A stretch of DNA of 64,000 nucleotides from Candidatus Kapaibacterium sp. (lineage in GTDB: Bacteria > Bacteroidota > Ignavibacteria > Kapaibacteriales > UBA7675), in contig JANQRB010000044.1 in assembly GCA_028284775.1 (NCBI GenBank), positions 65,342-129,341 of the forward strand, read 5' to 3'. Below are positions 38,760-50,300 of this stretch, in pieces (position 1 is the first letter of the stretch; each line of letters opens with the position of its first letter). The notes under the pieces were generated by a model. It saw only the letters and a list, made by a program, of their open reading frames with translations, was not told the DNA's origin and searched no databases. The position numbers were made by a program, and so were the translations under genes.

Positions 38760-41597
38760 ATGTTCAGAAAGTTTACTTTGGCTTTTGTTACTTTGACTTT
38801 TTGTTCGCTCTTCACTCTTGAAGCTGCCAATGAACGCACGCACAATTGGTACTTCGGGCAAAATGCTGGATTAACTTTTTCCTCAGGTGCACCTGCGGTA
38901 TTAACAAATGGAGCGATGAATACGGGAGAAGGTTGTTCTTCCATAAGTGACAAAAGCGGCAATCTCGAGTTTTACACTAGCGGTATCAATGTGTATACTC
39001 GCAACCATACCGTAATGGTTAACGGCACAGGCTTGGGAGGAGACAATTCCTCAACTCAATCGGCGCTCATCGTGCCTAAGCCCGGCAGTACAAGCATCTA
39101 CTACATTTTCACCGCCGACGCCTGGGGTCGCCCGCGCGGCATCCGCTATTCCGAAGTGGATATGACTCTGCAGGGCGGTCTGGGCGAAGTGACCGTTAAG
39201 AATGTTCAACTCATTACGCCGGCGCATGAAAAGCTGACAGCTGTTTGCCATGCCAATGGCAGCGACTATTGGGTAATTGCGCACGAACGCAACCACAATA
39301 GATTCAGCGCCTATCTCGTGAGCAACACAGGCGTCAACACCACTCCGGTGACCAGTACCAGCGCACCCACCGCAATGAGCAATATGCACGACATGCCCGG
39401 TGCGCTCAAAGCTTCCCCGGACGGCACGAAGCTGGTACAGGCGATATATACGCGAGGTTTGTTTGAACTCTACGATTTCGACAATTCAACCGGAATGGCT
39501 TCCAATCGAATTCAATTAGCGCCCGCACCGGCGCATAGAAACGCATATGGAGTAGAGTTCTCGCCAAATAGCCAGGTTGTTTACTGCGCTTACCAGACCG
39601 ACTGGATTTACCAATATGATCTTAACGCGGGTTCCGCGAGTGCCATAGTCAACTCCGCGACAGCAATCGGCAATTCCGTTGACATGCACACTTCACTTCA
39701 ATTGGGATCTGACGGCAAAATTTATGTCGCTCGGCCCGGTAGCGTATACCTTGCTGTTATCAATCAACCCAATACTTTAGGCCTGGGCTGCAGTTTCGTT
39801 GATAATGGGATAAATCTTGGTTCGGGCAAATCAAGAGCTGGTTTGCCGAACTTTGCGTCGTGTTTTCTGGCTCCCTGCGACATCCCCTGGCCCCGACATC
39901 CCTTGGGTCCTTTAAGCGGTGGTTCAGACTATGACTTCGAATACGGTTATGCCGTAACGGCTGACCCTGACGGCAACATCTACAACACGGGCCATATTAC
40001 AGGAACAACGGACTTCGAGGATGGCATCAGTGTAACACCGAAAGGCGGCCAGGATCTGTTCCTATCGAAATACAATGACTGCGAAACCGAATGGGCTATC
40101 AGCGGTGGCGGTGCAGATGATGTACTTGTCTATGCTACATCTGTCGACCATGATGGGGTGGACGATATGATTTACCTTAGCGGTGTTACAGATGGTCCCA
40201 TGACCTTCGGCGGAATATTTCTTAATGTGACTACAACGAAAGGGGTGGTTGCCAAGGTAGATCCCAATGGGAATGTTATCTGGGCTCGAGCGATCGATGG
40301 CGCTTCGGCTCACCCGAATAAGGTATATGATGTTAAATATGATGAAAATACTCAGGAAGTCTATGTTGTAGGCGCATTTAACAAAGAAATCGAGTTCGCC
40401 GACTTTTCAGAGACTAGTTTTGGCTATGGCGAATGGATCGCAGGTCGCCAGTTGAGCTGGCCGCAGCACGACAATGACTGGGATATGTTTATCGCAAAGT
40501 TCGATCAAAACGGCAACGAACTATGGCTGGACACTTACGGTGGCTATTTAGATGATGAAGCCTATGCTTTGGACATCGATATTAACACAAGCGATGTCTA
40601 CATCACCGGCTATACGATGGATCCTAATCCTAATTCCTTCGGAAGCGGCAGCCCCTTAAACTGGGGACAGGAAGATATTTTTATCGGTAAATACGACGCT
40701 TCCGGATCGCGCCAGTGGTCGGATTTCGTTGGCGGGAACAGCCGGGACGTCGGAAACGATATCGTGGTTGAAGGCAACAGCGGCAACGGCCAGGTCTTTG
40801 TCGCCGGCAGTTTCGAAGACCTTCTCTCGGGTTCGGGGGTAGCCAGCGCGGGACAATCGGATGTTCTCGTGCTTTCCTATGATCAGAATGGTTCGCAGCT
40901 CTGGTTTGATCATGGCGGATGGCAGGCAGTTGATGAAGCTATGGCCATAGACTTAACGCCTGGTGGGGAAGTGATCGTCACCGGCAATTTCGACCATGAG
41001 CTGTCCTTCCCGAACAATCCCATACTCGACATTGCGACACTCACGGGCGAGAACATCTTTCTCGCCGCCTATGACCCCGGCGGCAGCGGCTTGTGGTCAA
41101 TTCCCGCGACGCCCATGGGTGGCTGGACAAGAGTGAAGGATGTGGTGGTGAGCGGTGAATACTCCTTTATAACCGGAGGTGTTTGGGATGGCTCGGTACA
41201 GTTCGGCACGGCGCCAGTCATCAGCACAACGCCTGGTACGGATATCTATGTCGCGCGCCTGAATAATGATGCGATAGTATTTCAGAAACCGACGTCGCGG
41301 GACCGATTCACTCCAGCCGAAACGGCGACAGTACTACGAATGGAGACCGAAGCGGGGGTCTCTCCTAATCCGACGACCGGCAAAATTGTCATCACGCCGC
41401 CGGTTGCAGATGAATCCCGGCTCCGGGAAGTTCGCATCAGCGACATCTTCGGCAATGAGGTACAGTGCCCGGTCAGATTTAACAGGTTGGACAACACAAT
41501 TGACATCGACTTAAACGGCAATGCGCCCGGACTCTATTTCTATTCGCTTCGGTACGACAATTGCCTGCTCAGCGGAAAGTCGATGCTGATCGAATAA
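38760..41597 (+). CDS. Secreted beta-propeller repeat (SBBP-like) protein with T9SS C-terminal sorting domain
   Basis: The track start 38748 is TTG. ATG 38760 (MFRKFTLAFVTLTFCSLFTLEAANE signal) with TGGAG SD 8 nt upstream. Repeated ...YxTGxT.GxxDF...GG.D.F..K.. units. C-terminus GVSPNPTTGKIVITPP...GLYFYSLRYDNCLLSGKSMLIE matches the T9SS CTD. Confidence 0.8.
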   Translation: MFRKFTLAFVTLTFCSLFTLEAANERTHNWYFGQNAGLTFSSGAPAVLTNGAMNTGEGCSSISDKSGNLEFYTSGINVYTRNHTVMVNGTGLGGDNSSTQSALIVPKPGSTSIYYIFTADAWGRPRGIRYSEVDMTLQGGLGEVTVKNVQLITPAHEKLTAVCHANGSDYWVIAHERNHNRFSAYLVSNTGVNTTPVTSTSAPTAMSNMHDMPGALKASPDGTKLVQAIYTRGLFELYDFDNSTGMASNRIQLAPAPAHRNAYGVEFSPNSQVVYCAYQTDWIYQYDLNAGSASAIVNSATAIGNSVDMHTSLQLGSDGKIYVARPGSVYLAVINQPNTLGLGCSFVDNGINLGSGKSRAGLPNFASCFLAPCDIPWPRHPLGPLSGGSDYDFEYGYAVTADPDGNIYNTGHITGTTDFEDGISVTPKGGQDLFLSKYNDCETEWAISGGGADDVLVYATSVDHDGVDDMIYLSGVTDGPMTFGGIFLNVTTTKGVVAKVDPNGNVIWARAIDGASAHPNKVYDVKYDENTQEVYVVGAFNKEIEFADFSETSFGYGEWIAGRQLSWPQHDNDWDMFIAKFDQNGNELWLDTYGGYLDDEAYALDIDINTSDVYITGYTMDPNPNSFGSGSPLNWGQEDIFIGKYDASGSRQWSDFVGGNSRDVGNDIVVEGNSGNGQVFVAGSFEDLLSGSGVASAGQSDVLVLSYDQNGSQLWFDHGGWQAVDEAMAIDLTPGGEVIVTGNFDHELSFPNNPILDIATLTGENIFLAAYDPGGSGLWSIPATPMGGWTRVKDVVVSGEYSFITGGVWDGSVQFGTAPVISTTPGTDIYVARLNNDAIVFQKPTSRDRFTPAETATVLRMETEAGVSPNPTTGKIVITPPVADESRLREVRISDIFGNEVQCPVRFNRLDNTIDIDLNGNAPGLYFYSLRYDNCLLSGKSMLIE

Positions 41598-41667
41598 GAA
41601 CAACACGCCGTTGCCTTGATAGTGTTAAAAGCCGCCAACGCTGTATGCTATGAATGCGCCGGATAGA

Positions 41668-41727
41668 GGAAACATCACCCTTGGAATTTCACGATTAGTG
41701 CGTGAAGAAAGGGTGATGTTTCTTTTT
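41668..41727 (+). terminator. Putative terminator: 12-bp stem (GAAACATCACCC/GGGTGATGTTTC) with a large loop, followed by TTTTT
   Basis: Perfect 12-bp inverted repeat 41669-41680 / 41711-41722 followed by ctttttata. The ~30-nt loop is unusual for a simple terminator. Confidence 0.45.
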
Positions 41728-41952
41728 ATATTCCGGCCTGCACTTCATAATCTTTTGCTCTGAGATAGCAAAAGCATATCAGGTTATACGAGTTAACAGA
41801 TTCAATATTCAGCCTTACTGAGAGCGGATGCCTTCAGCGGAAAGAGATGCTGATGCTTTGGAATGAGCTAAGCAGAAAGAACTGTTACGTCCCGCCACGG
41901 ATACGAAGCTCTGCAAGTTTCCTCAAGCAGAGGAATTCTATGACTGCCTGAT

Positions 41953-44073
41953 TCAGCGAACAACGACAACCCTTGCAGCCGGCTGCAATTCCGCGCTGTG
42001 CAGGCTGACGATGTACACGCCGGCGTTCAGCCTGTCTGTCGCCCATGTAATCCGATGGCTGCCGGGGGCGAAGTGACCTTGCCGCAGGGTTCGGACGAGG
42101 CGACCGAAGGTGTCATGAATTGTCAAGCGAGCCTCCGTCGCAGCTGTCAGATAAAACTCGATTTGGGCGACGCCGACTGTAACGGGGGTCGGGTGAACCG
42201 ACAGCACGACGGACGACGGAGCCTCGCGAAAATCCCGATCCACGGATGTCGGTATACGCCGGCGATAGAGATTACGGCGACCATCCTCCAATGCCAGGAT
42301 GCTGCCGCGACGATTGACGACAATTCGTTCGATGGCTTCATTGCCCGGTGCGTCTGCAATTTTGCGCCAGCCATTCGCTTTATGATATACATAGATTCCC
42401 GAATTCGCCGCCAAGGTCATAGATCCGTCGTCACTCGTCGTCATTGCCCAGGGCAGCAGCTTGTTTGCGCCGGGATTGAGGATCTGCCAGGTTTGACCGC
42501 CGTCGCCGGAGTGCATCAGATTGTCATCGCGCTGCTGATCGACATGGCCGACAAAAATGTCGCCGTCGACCGTTACCGCGAGGGTATTGCGCTCGCTGAC
42601 CGCCTCGTCATACAGCCGCCGCTCGGTCCAGGATCCGCAAGCATTTTCAGTGTGAAAAAGCAAACCGCTTTGCGTCAGGGCATAGGCCGAAACATCAGGG
42701 CCGCGCTGCAAGGCAAGGACCTGGTGCCCTTCCAGCTCCGGCGCGCGGCACCAACTGCCTCTATAATAGGCCAGACCCGAGCTTTCAGCGATCAGCAAAC
42801 TACGGTGATTGTGGCCGAGAATGCCCAGAATCCGTGTTTCTTCATCGGGCGGCTCGTACAGAGGCCACCAGTCCCCGCCGTCGGTAGAGCTGAGAATCGC
42901 CATCGAGCGGCCGTCGAGGGCCTGCCCATAGGCAAACCATGCCGCCTGATCAGGGCTGAGGACAAATCCACGCATGCCATCATCCGCCAGAGGCGGGCGT
43001 CCGAAGTAGCTCCATGAACTTCCTTCGTCAGCGCTGATTGCTATACCCGCGGTCGCCAGACTGAGAATGAAATTGTCATCAGGCAGAATGCTGAGATCCG
43101 TGATTTCTTCTTCGACCGGAAGGCCGATGCGTTGCCAGGACTCGCCCTTGTCTTGCGACTGAAGGAGCCCCGCGTGGCGATAGCCGAGCAGCAGCGTATT
43201 ATCGGCGGCGACACTAAGGCTGAGAGGAATCCCCGCAGGTATCGTCAGTTCTTCGGCACCGCTGCCATTGTTGAGAATTCGAAAGACCTCTTTGTTTTCC
43301 AGCAGCGCAAAAATTACTCCCTGTTGGTTGACGGCAAGTTTGGCGATGCTCTTCTGAGCGAGCGCAAAGCTGCTCCAGCTAGCGCCCCGGTCGTCGGAAC
43401 GCAGTATGCCCCCGTTCAGCGTGCCCGCCAGCAAGCTGCCGCCGGCGCGAATCAGCAGCTGCTGAACGCCATAGCCGGGATCGATGCTCTGCCAGTCCAA
43501 GCCATCATCATCGCTGCGGCTCAGGCCCGCCCCCGCGACGAAGGCGTAGACGGCATCGTCGGAGCCTCCGTAGACCCGACATGCATTGCCGATCGAATTA
43601 CTGAGGACCAGCGACCAGCTCAGTCCCTTATCCGTGGAACGCAGCACTCCCTGATTGCCGGCGACAAGCAAACTACCGCCCGGACTCTGTGCGGCGACAT
43701 TAAAGGTTCCGACCGGCGCAGCGATGTTCAACTGGCGAAAACTACTGCCGCCATCGACCGACAAATAAAGAATTCCCTCCGCACTATTCACCGCTATGAT
43801 AGTTCCATCTTCACCAAGCAGCACCGGTACGCCGGAGGCTTGCAAAGGAGTCCAGGTGGCTCCTCCGTCCCAGGATCGTAGGCCGCGAAATTTCGTATCA
43901 AGTTGCTGACCGGCAATAATACCGTCGTCCGGCGTCGGCATCAGATGAAGAATGGTTCCTCCCTGCTGCGGATCGAGCAGTTCCCAGGATATCGTCTGTG
44001 CCTTTGCCGAAAGACAGAATGCCAGGCAGCTCAGCACAACTATGACGCTAGCTTTGTGATTTTTACAATGCAT
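41953..44073 (-). CDS. BNR/Asp-box repeat (sialidase/sortilin-like beta-propeller) protein with T9SS C-terminal sorting domain
   Basis: Start reassigned to ATG 44073 (plus 'cat' 44071-44073) with GAGAGGA SD 6 nt upstream. Signal peptide MHCKNHKASVIVVLSCLAFCLSAKAQ. Multiple S-x-D-x-G-x-(T/S)-W Asp-box units (SWDGGATW, STDKGLSW, SDDDGLDW, SDDRGASW, SQDKGESW, ADEGSSW, STDGGDWW, SGDGGQTW). C-terminus SVHPTPVTVGVAQIEFYL...GVYIVSLHS matches the T9SS CTD. Confidence 0.8.
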   Translation of the reverse strand: MHCKNHKASVIVVLSCLAFCLSAKAQTISWELLDPQQGGTILHLMPTPDDGIIAGQQLDTKFRGLRSWDGGATWTPLQASGVPVLLGEDGTIIAVNSAEGILYLSVDGGSSFRQLNIAAPVGTFNVAAQSPGGSLLVAGNQGVLRSTDKGLSWSLVLSNSIGNACRVYGGSDDAVYAFVAGAGLSRSDDDGLDWQSIDPGYGVQQLLIRAGGSLLAGTLNGGILRSDDRGASWSSFALAQKSIAKLAVNQQGVIFALLENKEVFRILNNGSGAEELTIPAGIPLSLSVAADNTLLLGYRHAGLLQSQDKGESWQRIGLPVEEEITDLSILPDDNFILSLATAGIAISADEGSSWSYFGRPPLADDGMRGFVLSPDQAAWFAYGQALDGRSMAILSSTDGGDWWPLYEPPDEETRILGILGHNHRSLLIAESSGLAYYRGSWCRAPELEGHQVLALQRGPDVSAYALTQSGLLFHTENACGSWTERRLYDEAVSERNTLAVTVDGDIFVGHVDQQRDDNLMHSGDGGQTWQILNPGANKLLPWAMTTSDDGSMTLAANSGIYVYHKANGWRKIADAPGNEAIERIVVNRRGSILALEDGRRNLYRRRIPTSVDRDFREAPSSVVLSVHPTPVTVGVAQIEFYLTAATEARLTIHDTFGRLVRTLRQGHFAPGSHRITWATDRLNAGVYIVSLHSAELQPAARVVVVR

Positions 44074-44423
44074 AGTTCCTCTCAAGTTCAATTTGAGCTT
44101 AGAAAAAGAGCTGTGCACGTAAGCTTGCCGGAAGATTCTTGAGGATTCGCCAATGTAGGATGTTTCATGCTTTTCTCCAACTTTGGCTGACTGCCGGCGG
44201 CTAGTTTGAAAGCGACGCAGTCTTAATCTACAATGGACCAGTCTGTTCAAGGGTAGTCTCCCGGATCCGGATGTAGGCAGACGGACCGGGCTTTGGCATT
44301 TGATTTCTGCAGCACTTTCCGATTGCGAACTTCTTTAAGGCGGTGATTGCAACAATTATTGCGATTCTACGACCTTTGAACGGACCGACATCATAATACA
44401 CTCAATCAAAATGGCAGGACACT

Positions 44424-45812
44424 ATGACGGAATTGCTGCAGGACCTCCAATCGATCGAATTGTTCAGCAAGCTACCGCCGGAACAACTGAAGTGGCTCGT
44501 GGAAAAGTCGGAATTGCGCGGATTTGATGTGGGGGATATCATGTTCAATATCGGCGATCCGATCGACAACATGGGAGTGATCCTGGAGGGAGCATTTGCG
44601 CTTAAATTCAAGCAGGGCGATCAATTCAAGGAGTTCGCGCAATCAGAAAAGGGCAGCATCACCGGCAAGCTGCCATATTCGCGCGCTAAAGTAGCGTCGG
44701 CCCTGGCCGTGGCGATTGAGCCGGCGCGGGTGCTCATTATGCACGAACGCCATCTGCCGGAGATGATCCGCAGTCAGCACGAAATGACCGAAGCCCTGGT
44801 TCACACGATGCTGACGCGCATCCGCGACTTCACTAAGTCGCAGCAGATGAACGAAAAGCTGATGGCTCTCGGCAAACTTTCGGCCGGATTGGCGCACGAG
44901 CTGAATAATCCTTCGTCAGCAGTCGTCCGCAGCGCCGGCGAGCTCAAAAAGCACCTGGCATTGGTACCGGAAAAATTCAAGCGCGTGATTTCCATCCGGC
45001 TGGACAACAGCCAAATCGACATCCTGAACCGGATTTTGTTCAGCAGAGTTCAGCAAGGCATCGCTGAGGGCATGAGCCTGATGGAGCGCAGTGAACGCGA
45101 AGAAGAGCTTACAGACTGGTTGGATGATCATGAGGTTGACAATTCCGACGGCATCGCAGAGACCCTGACGGATTTTGCTTTTAATACCGACGATCTCGAG
45201 GCGATTCGCGAAGCGACAACTGATGAGTATCTCGACGACGCCGTTGCCTGGCTGGAAGACGTCCTCACAACCGAAAAGCTGGTGCAGGAAATTCAAGACG
45301 CCTCGAAACGCATCGCCGACCTTGTAAAATCCGTCAAAACCTACACTCACATGGATCAGGCACCCGACAAACAGAAGATCGACATTCGCAAGGGAATCGA
45401 AAGCACGCTGGTCATGCTGAATCACAAGGCGCGGCGAAAGAACATCACCTTGCAATGCGAGCTGCCGGATGATTTGCCTCTCATCAACGCCTTTCCCAGC
45501 GAGCTGAACCAGGTATGGACCAACCTGATCGACAATGCCATCGATGCGGTGGATCAGGACGGCACCCTTACGCTGCGCGCGCGCCGGGAACGCGAATTCG
45601 TGATGATAGACATCATCGACGATGGCAAGGGTATTCCGGAAGAAATTCAATCACGGATCTTCGAACCGTTTTTCACGACGAAACCGCAGGGACAGGGCAC
45701 CGGCCTGGGGCTCGACATTGTCCAGCGTATCATACAGCATCACAATGCCGATATCAAAGTTGAATCACAGCCGGGAGAGACGAAATTCAAATTGTGCTTT
45801 CCGATGGAGTAG
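44424..45812 (+). CDS. Orphan histidine kinase with N-terminal cyclic-nucleotide-binding (cNMP/CAP-effector) domain
   Basis: ATG 44424 (GGCAGGA 5 nt upstream). cNMP-binding-like N-terminus (FSKLPPEQLKWLVEKSELRGFDVGDIMFNIGDP...). HisKA H-box LSAGLAHELNNPSSAV. HATPase N/G1/G2 boxes (LIDNAIDAV, DDGKGIP, GTGLGLDIV). No adjacent response regulator. Confidence 0.85.
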   Translation: MTELLQDLQSIELFSKLPPEQLKWLVEKSELRGFDVGDIMFNIGDPIDNMGVILEGAFALKFKQGDQFKEFAQSEKGSITGKLPYSRAKVASALAVAIEPARVLIMHERHLPEMIRSQHEMTEALVHTMLTRIRDFTKSQQMNEKLMALGKLSAGLAHELNNPSSAVVRSAGELKKHLALVPEKFKRVISIRLDNSQIDILNRILFSRVQQGIAEGMSLMERSEREEELTDWLDDHEVDNSDGIAETLTDFAFNTDDLEAIREATTDEYLDDAVAWLEDVLTTEKLVQEIQDASKRIADLVKSVKTYTHMDQAPDKQKIDIRKGIESTLVMLNHKARRKNITLQCELPDDLPLINAFPSELNQVWTNLIDNAIDAVDQDGTLTLRARREREFVMIDIIDDGKGIPEEIQSRIFEPFFTTKPQGQGTGLGLDIVQRIIQHHNADIKVESQPGETKFKLCFPME

Positions 45813-47339
45813 GGCAGGTTTTTTTGATTAAGAATTAAGCTTATGCTGCACAGAAGGCAACATCAAAACGCCGGGATCCAGGTGGCATCACGGCCGGAAT
45901 TAACACCTTAATTGTTTTGCTTTTCGATGGGATGATAAGTAGACATGGAGGAGTCCTCCGTCTGCTGTCATACGCGCCACTATAATTGCAGACAAGGGCC
46001 AGAAGAGAAATTTGCAAAATCAGGCTAAAGCAAACTGTAAGGTAAACGGATAGGCTTACGGTCATTCACTATCGAGCGCCGCTCGCCATCGGTAGCATGC
46101 TTGTCGATCCTGATTGACTTCGCGGTGACAGGACGTTAAAGTGACCGTTAGCCTGGTTGAACAGCCCGTTGAGTATTTTTGTCGTATAGCGGATGTTTTC
46201 ACGGCGGTTTGAAGGACAAGTATTTGTATTGTTGTAGCAAATCCGTACGGGGTTTAGCAATCGAGACTGAATGTTTAGTGCAGTGGTGCTGATTAATGGG
46301 TGAGTTGGCGGTGCTGTGGTATGGCTTGGTCTGGCTGCGGATTTCTGGAGGTGGTGGAGGGGAGGCACGCCGCAGGCGAGGTTTATGTGAGGAGATCTGT
46401 TAATTCGACAACTATTATTACGACACTCAGCCTAAAATCCTCAGCCCCTCACAAGTTCACCATCTCACACACCACTCCACCAGACCATCCATACAATCTT
46501 CCCACCCGCCCGTCCTGCGACCAGAAACGTAGCCGCGGTCAATGATCGGCAGCACATTTCTTGTGAAAATGCGTTTAAGACACCGGCGATCAACCATACT
46601 ATCGGCCGACATCGTCAGATCTTCCTACAAGAGCTCCGCAGTGTATACTCCCTAAGCCGGACCTTCCCGCTCAACATTTTACTACTGCTCGGCCAAATAG
46701 AGCGACATAGTTGGACTCATTTGCATAACAACTCTCTCATGAAATGCATCCGACTCATGGCGGATATCGATACGCGGTTCTTCTGCAAAAATAATTTCGC
46801 AGAGGCAGTCCCATGGGCCAAACCCATGTCTCTGCCCCGCAACTCGAATCACCGCAATTCACTGCGGTCAATGTTTTGCGGCCGAACTGTAACACTGACG
46901 CGGCTTCTGTATCATTATGCCGCTTCGAATGCTGGCGACGATGCACTCCAAGAGAATAATCTATGGATCTCCGGTGTCGATTTATGAGTACTTTTGCGGC
47001 AGTGCCCCACTCTCAGGTCGGAGCCGTTCAAACGATTTCCGGCGCTCAATTGGAAGAGGATGCACTCGGAATTTCCGGGACAGCTGCTCCCGCTGATATT
47101 GCCGGTGGAATTCAACGGCAGATAAGTCCGAGACAAATGTGCTACCCGCGATTCAAAACCGCGGCGCTCATCCGGCTGTCGGAAGGAACTGGCAAGGTAG
47201 GGGCAGAACTTGCCGAATCGTTGACAAGAACGACATTCGCAAAATTGTGTTCAAATTCTATGCGTCTGGCGGTAAGCTGATTTGTGACAAAGCCTAATCA
47301 CGAGGGCACCTGCCGCTTTTAGACAATTCTAGGTATGCT

Positions 47340-50300
47340 ATGCGAGGCAAAATTTCGCAATTCCTTCATGCGATGGCCCCTCCGGCCGATACCAAAGGGT
47401 CTACACTCCGACGCTTACCACTCCTGCTGGTCGTTCTGCTTGCCCTCCATCAGCTTCAGGCACAGGAGTTCGTTGCTAATGTAGGCCAATGGCCGGAGCA
47501 GGTTCTCTTCCGCACGCATGCATGTCAGCCGGAGCTTTGGATCACTGAGCAGGGCTTCGTGACCGACCTCCGTAATGAAAAATTGGGGTCAGCCGCTGCA
47601 ATGCACTATTCTTTTGTTGCCGGCAGATTTCAATCCGCAGAAGGACAGCAGCCTCTTCCCGGCCGGTATAATTATCTGCAGGGCGACCGGGTTCGAGGGC
47701 TCAGCCCCCGCTATCGGCGTGTACTCCTGCGAAATGTTTATCCTGACATCGACATGGTCTGGTATTTTGAAGAAGGCAAAGCGCGCTACGATCTTCTTGT
47801 CCATCCGGGCGCCAATCCCTCCTCAATCAGGATGAATATTACCGGCGCAGCGACAGCCGGCGTCACCTTGGCGGGTGATCTGCAGCTTGCCAGCGAAGCC
47901 GGCACTTTGCAGCAGCGCGGATTACGCGCCTATCAGCTTGATGCCAATCGCAATCAGCTGGAAATCAAGTGCTGCTTCAAGATTGATGAGTCCCGCTCGC
48001 CCATAACCGTTGCTTTCGAATGCGGTGATTATGATAAGAAGCGTACGCTTGTCATCGATCCACTGGTGTACAGCAGCTATCTCGGCGGCGCCGATCGCGA
48101 CGAAATATTGGCAATGTCAATCGACAGCCAGGGCTATACTTATGTGGCGGGAGTGACGAACTCGGCGCAATTTCCGACAGTACCCGGCTCCTACGATACC
48201 GATGGTAAAGGTGACCGCTCGGCTTTTGTCAGCAAGCTGAGTCAAGACGGGTCAACGCTGATATGGTCCACCTTTCTCGGCGGCGGCGCGGACGATCAGG
48301 CCAATGCCATTGCTCTGGGTCCTGACAATGATGTTTTTGTCGCCGGAATGACAAAATCGACTGATTTTCCATCGACGGCACGCTTCGGCAGGGAACTGGA
48401 AAGATCCATTGCCTTTGTTGCGCGCTTAAGCGCCGATGGCGGCAGCCTACGCTACGGCGTGCTCTTTGGCGGCGAGAAAGATGATGTGATTAGCGCTGTG
48501 ACAGTTGATCCTTCCGGTAATGCCTATGTAACCGGCAGCACCAGCTCTGATGAGTATTTCCCTCTTCGCAATGCCTTCGACTCAGACTACAACGGCGGCA
48601 TCGATGCCTTTCTCCTGGCACTTAACCCCGCCGGCGATGCCTTGCTTTTTGCGAGTTATCTGGGCGGCAACGGTCACGATGCAGGGCAGGATGTTTCACT
48701 CTCCGCCGAGGGCAGCGTCATCCTTTGCGGAAACACGGAATCGGAAAACTTTCCCGCTACTGTGGGTACCCCGATCAATGATTCTGATGCTTTTCTCGCC
48801 GTTTTCGATCCGGATGGTTCACGCCGCCTTATCCGCCTCTTTGGAGGTGAGAAGGATGATGTCCCGCTTGCACTTATCGAGGGCAAGGACAAGGACATCT
48901 ATGTGGCCGGCTATACCGCTTCCGATGATTTTCCCGTGACGCCGGGCAGCTATGGGCAGAACCCGGTCGGCAAAGACGACGCCTTTGTTGCACGTATTGA
49001 TCGTGCAGGTGAAATCCTATTTGCGCGGCGTTTGGGCGGAATCGAGCGTGACTACGCGACGGCCATCGACCTGGACAAAAGCGGAGGCATCTTCCTAAGC
49101 GGCGCAACGGAATCGTCGTCGTTTCCGATAAGCGATAATGCACCCTGGCCTGATTGGCGGGGCGGGCGAGATGCCTTTGTGGCACATCTGCACCCCGACA
49201 GCAGCGCCCTGCTTTTCGCCACATTTATTGGCGGCAGCGACGACGACGAGGCTGTGGCAGTTGCTGTTGACGACCAGAGCAATATTTATGTCGCCGGCAG
49301 CAGTGAATCCGACGACTTTCCCACAACAGATAATGTCTTGTTGCCGCTTTTTCAGCAAGACCGGGACGGCTTCATCACCAAGTTCAGCATTGACGCCGTC
49401 GCACGACGGCCGCTCTTGCGTGTAAGCGCCGCCGATTTGGATTTTGGCACTGTGTCCCTTGGTGAAAAGCTTGTTGAGCGAGTAGCAATCTCGAATGTTG
49501 GCAATGCACCGGCATTGTTGCAAAAATTGTCATTCAGCGACAATGACGAAAATGCTTTCAGCGATATCTTCGGCAGCGAACTGCCCATCACTATCGAGCC
49601 GGGAACCGAGTACAGCGCTGCTTTTGGCTTTCATCCGCTTTCAGAAGGACCAAAAACAGCTGCGTTGACAATCAGCGGCACTGCGAATCCGATTCTCCTG
49701 CGTCTGAAAGGCAGTGCAACAGAGGATGATGGAAGCAGGGATTCGGCTATTGTGGCCCTACCGGCTCTCGAGGCGGCTTCCGGCGACACGGTCCTTCTGC
49801 CCCTGCGCATACTCCGTATTCCGGCATCTTTCGATCAGCGTTCCGCGACCGGCTTCAGAGCTGAATTTCATTTCAATGCCAGCCTCTTGACACCGCTCGA
49901 CCCGGCACTCCGTGGACAGATAAACGATGGCAGACAGCACATTGTCATCGAAGGCGTTTACCTGGGCGGTTCCTCTAACGATGTGTTAGCAGAGTTGCCG
50001 ATGATCTGCGGCCTCGGGGATGCCGAACAAAGTGAACTGATTCTGGATTGTTCTTCGATACGATGGGAGGTTGACGGCAGTACTATCGATCAGGCCAATG
50101 TATGCCGCGACGGCAGCTTTCGTTTAACTGACATCTGGCGCTTCCGCGAAGATAGGCTGGTTAACAGCAACAAAGGCAACCTGGCACTGGATATACAGCC
50201 CAATCCGGTTGGCGATGCGGCAACAATTCAGGCAAGGATTTCCTCAGCGCCGGCTCACCTGCGGCTGCACGATGCGCTCGGTCGGCCCCTCATCGACCTG

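Noticed and set aside
41998-43881. Plus-strand ORFs 41998..43017 and 43132..43881 inside the BNR gene; 44916..45650 inside the cNMP-HK; 58468..60042 inside REC-TrxR; 62061..63221 inside OmpA; 28123..28905 inside S41; 33424..34161 inside the 277-aa gene
   Set aside because: All are antisense to genes with clear domain signatures, with no independent support.
46300-47280. ORFs 46300..46545, 46721..46987 and 46963..47280 in the low-GC island
   Set aside because: Low GC3, no SD, low-complexity products. The island is treated as non-coding and unexplained (see findings).
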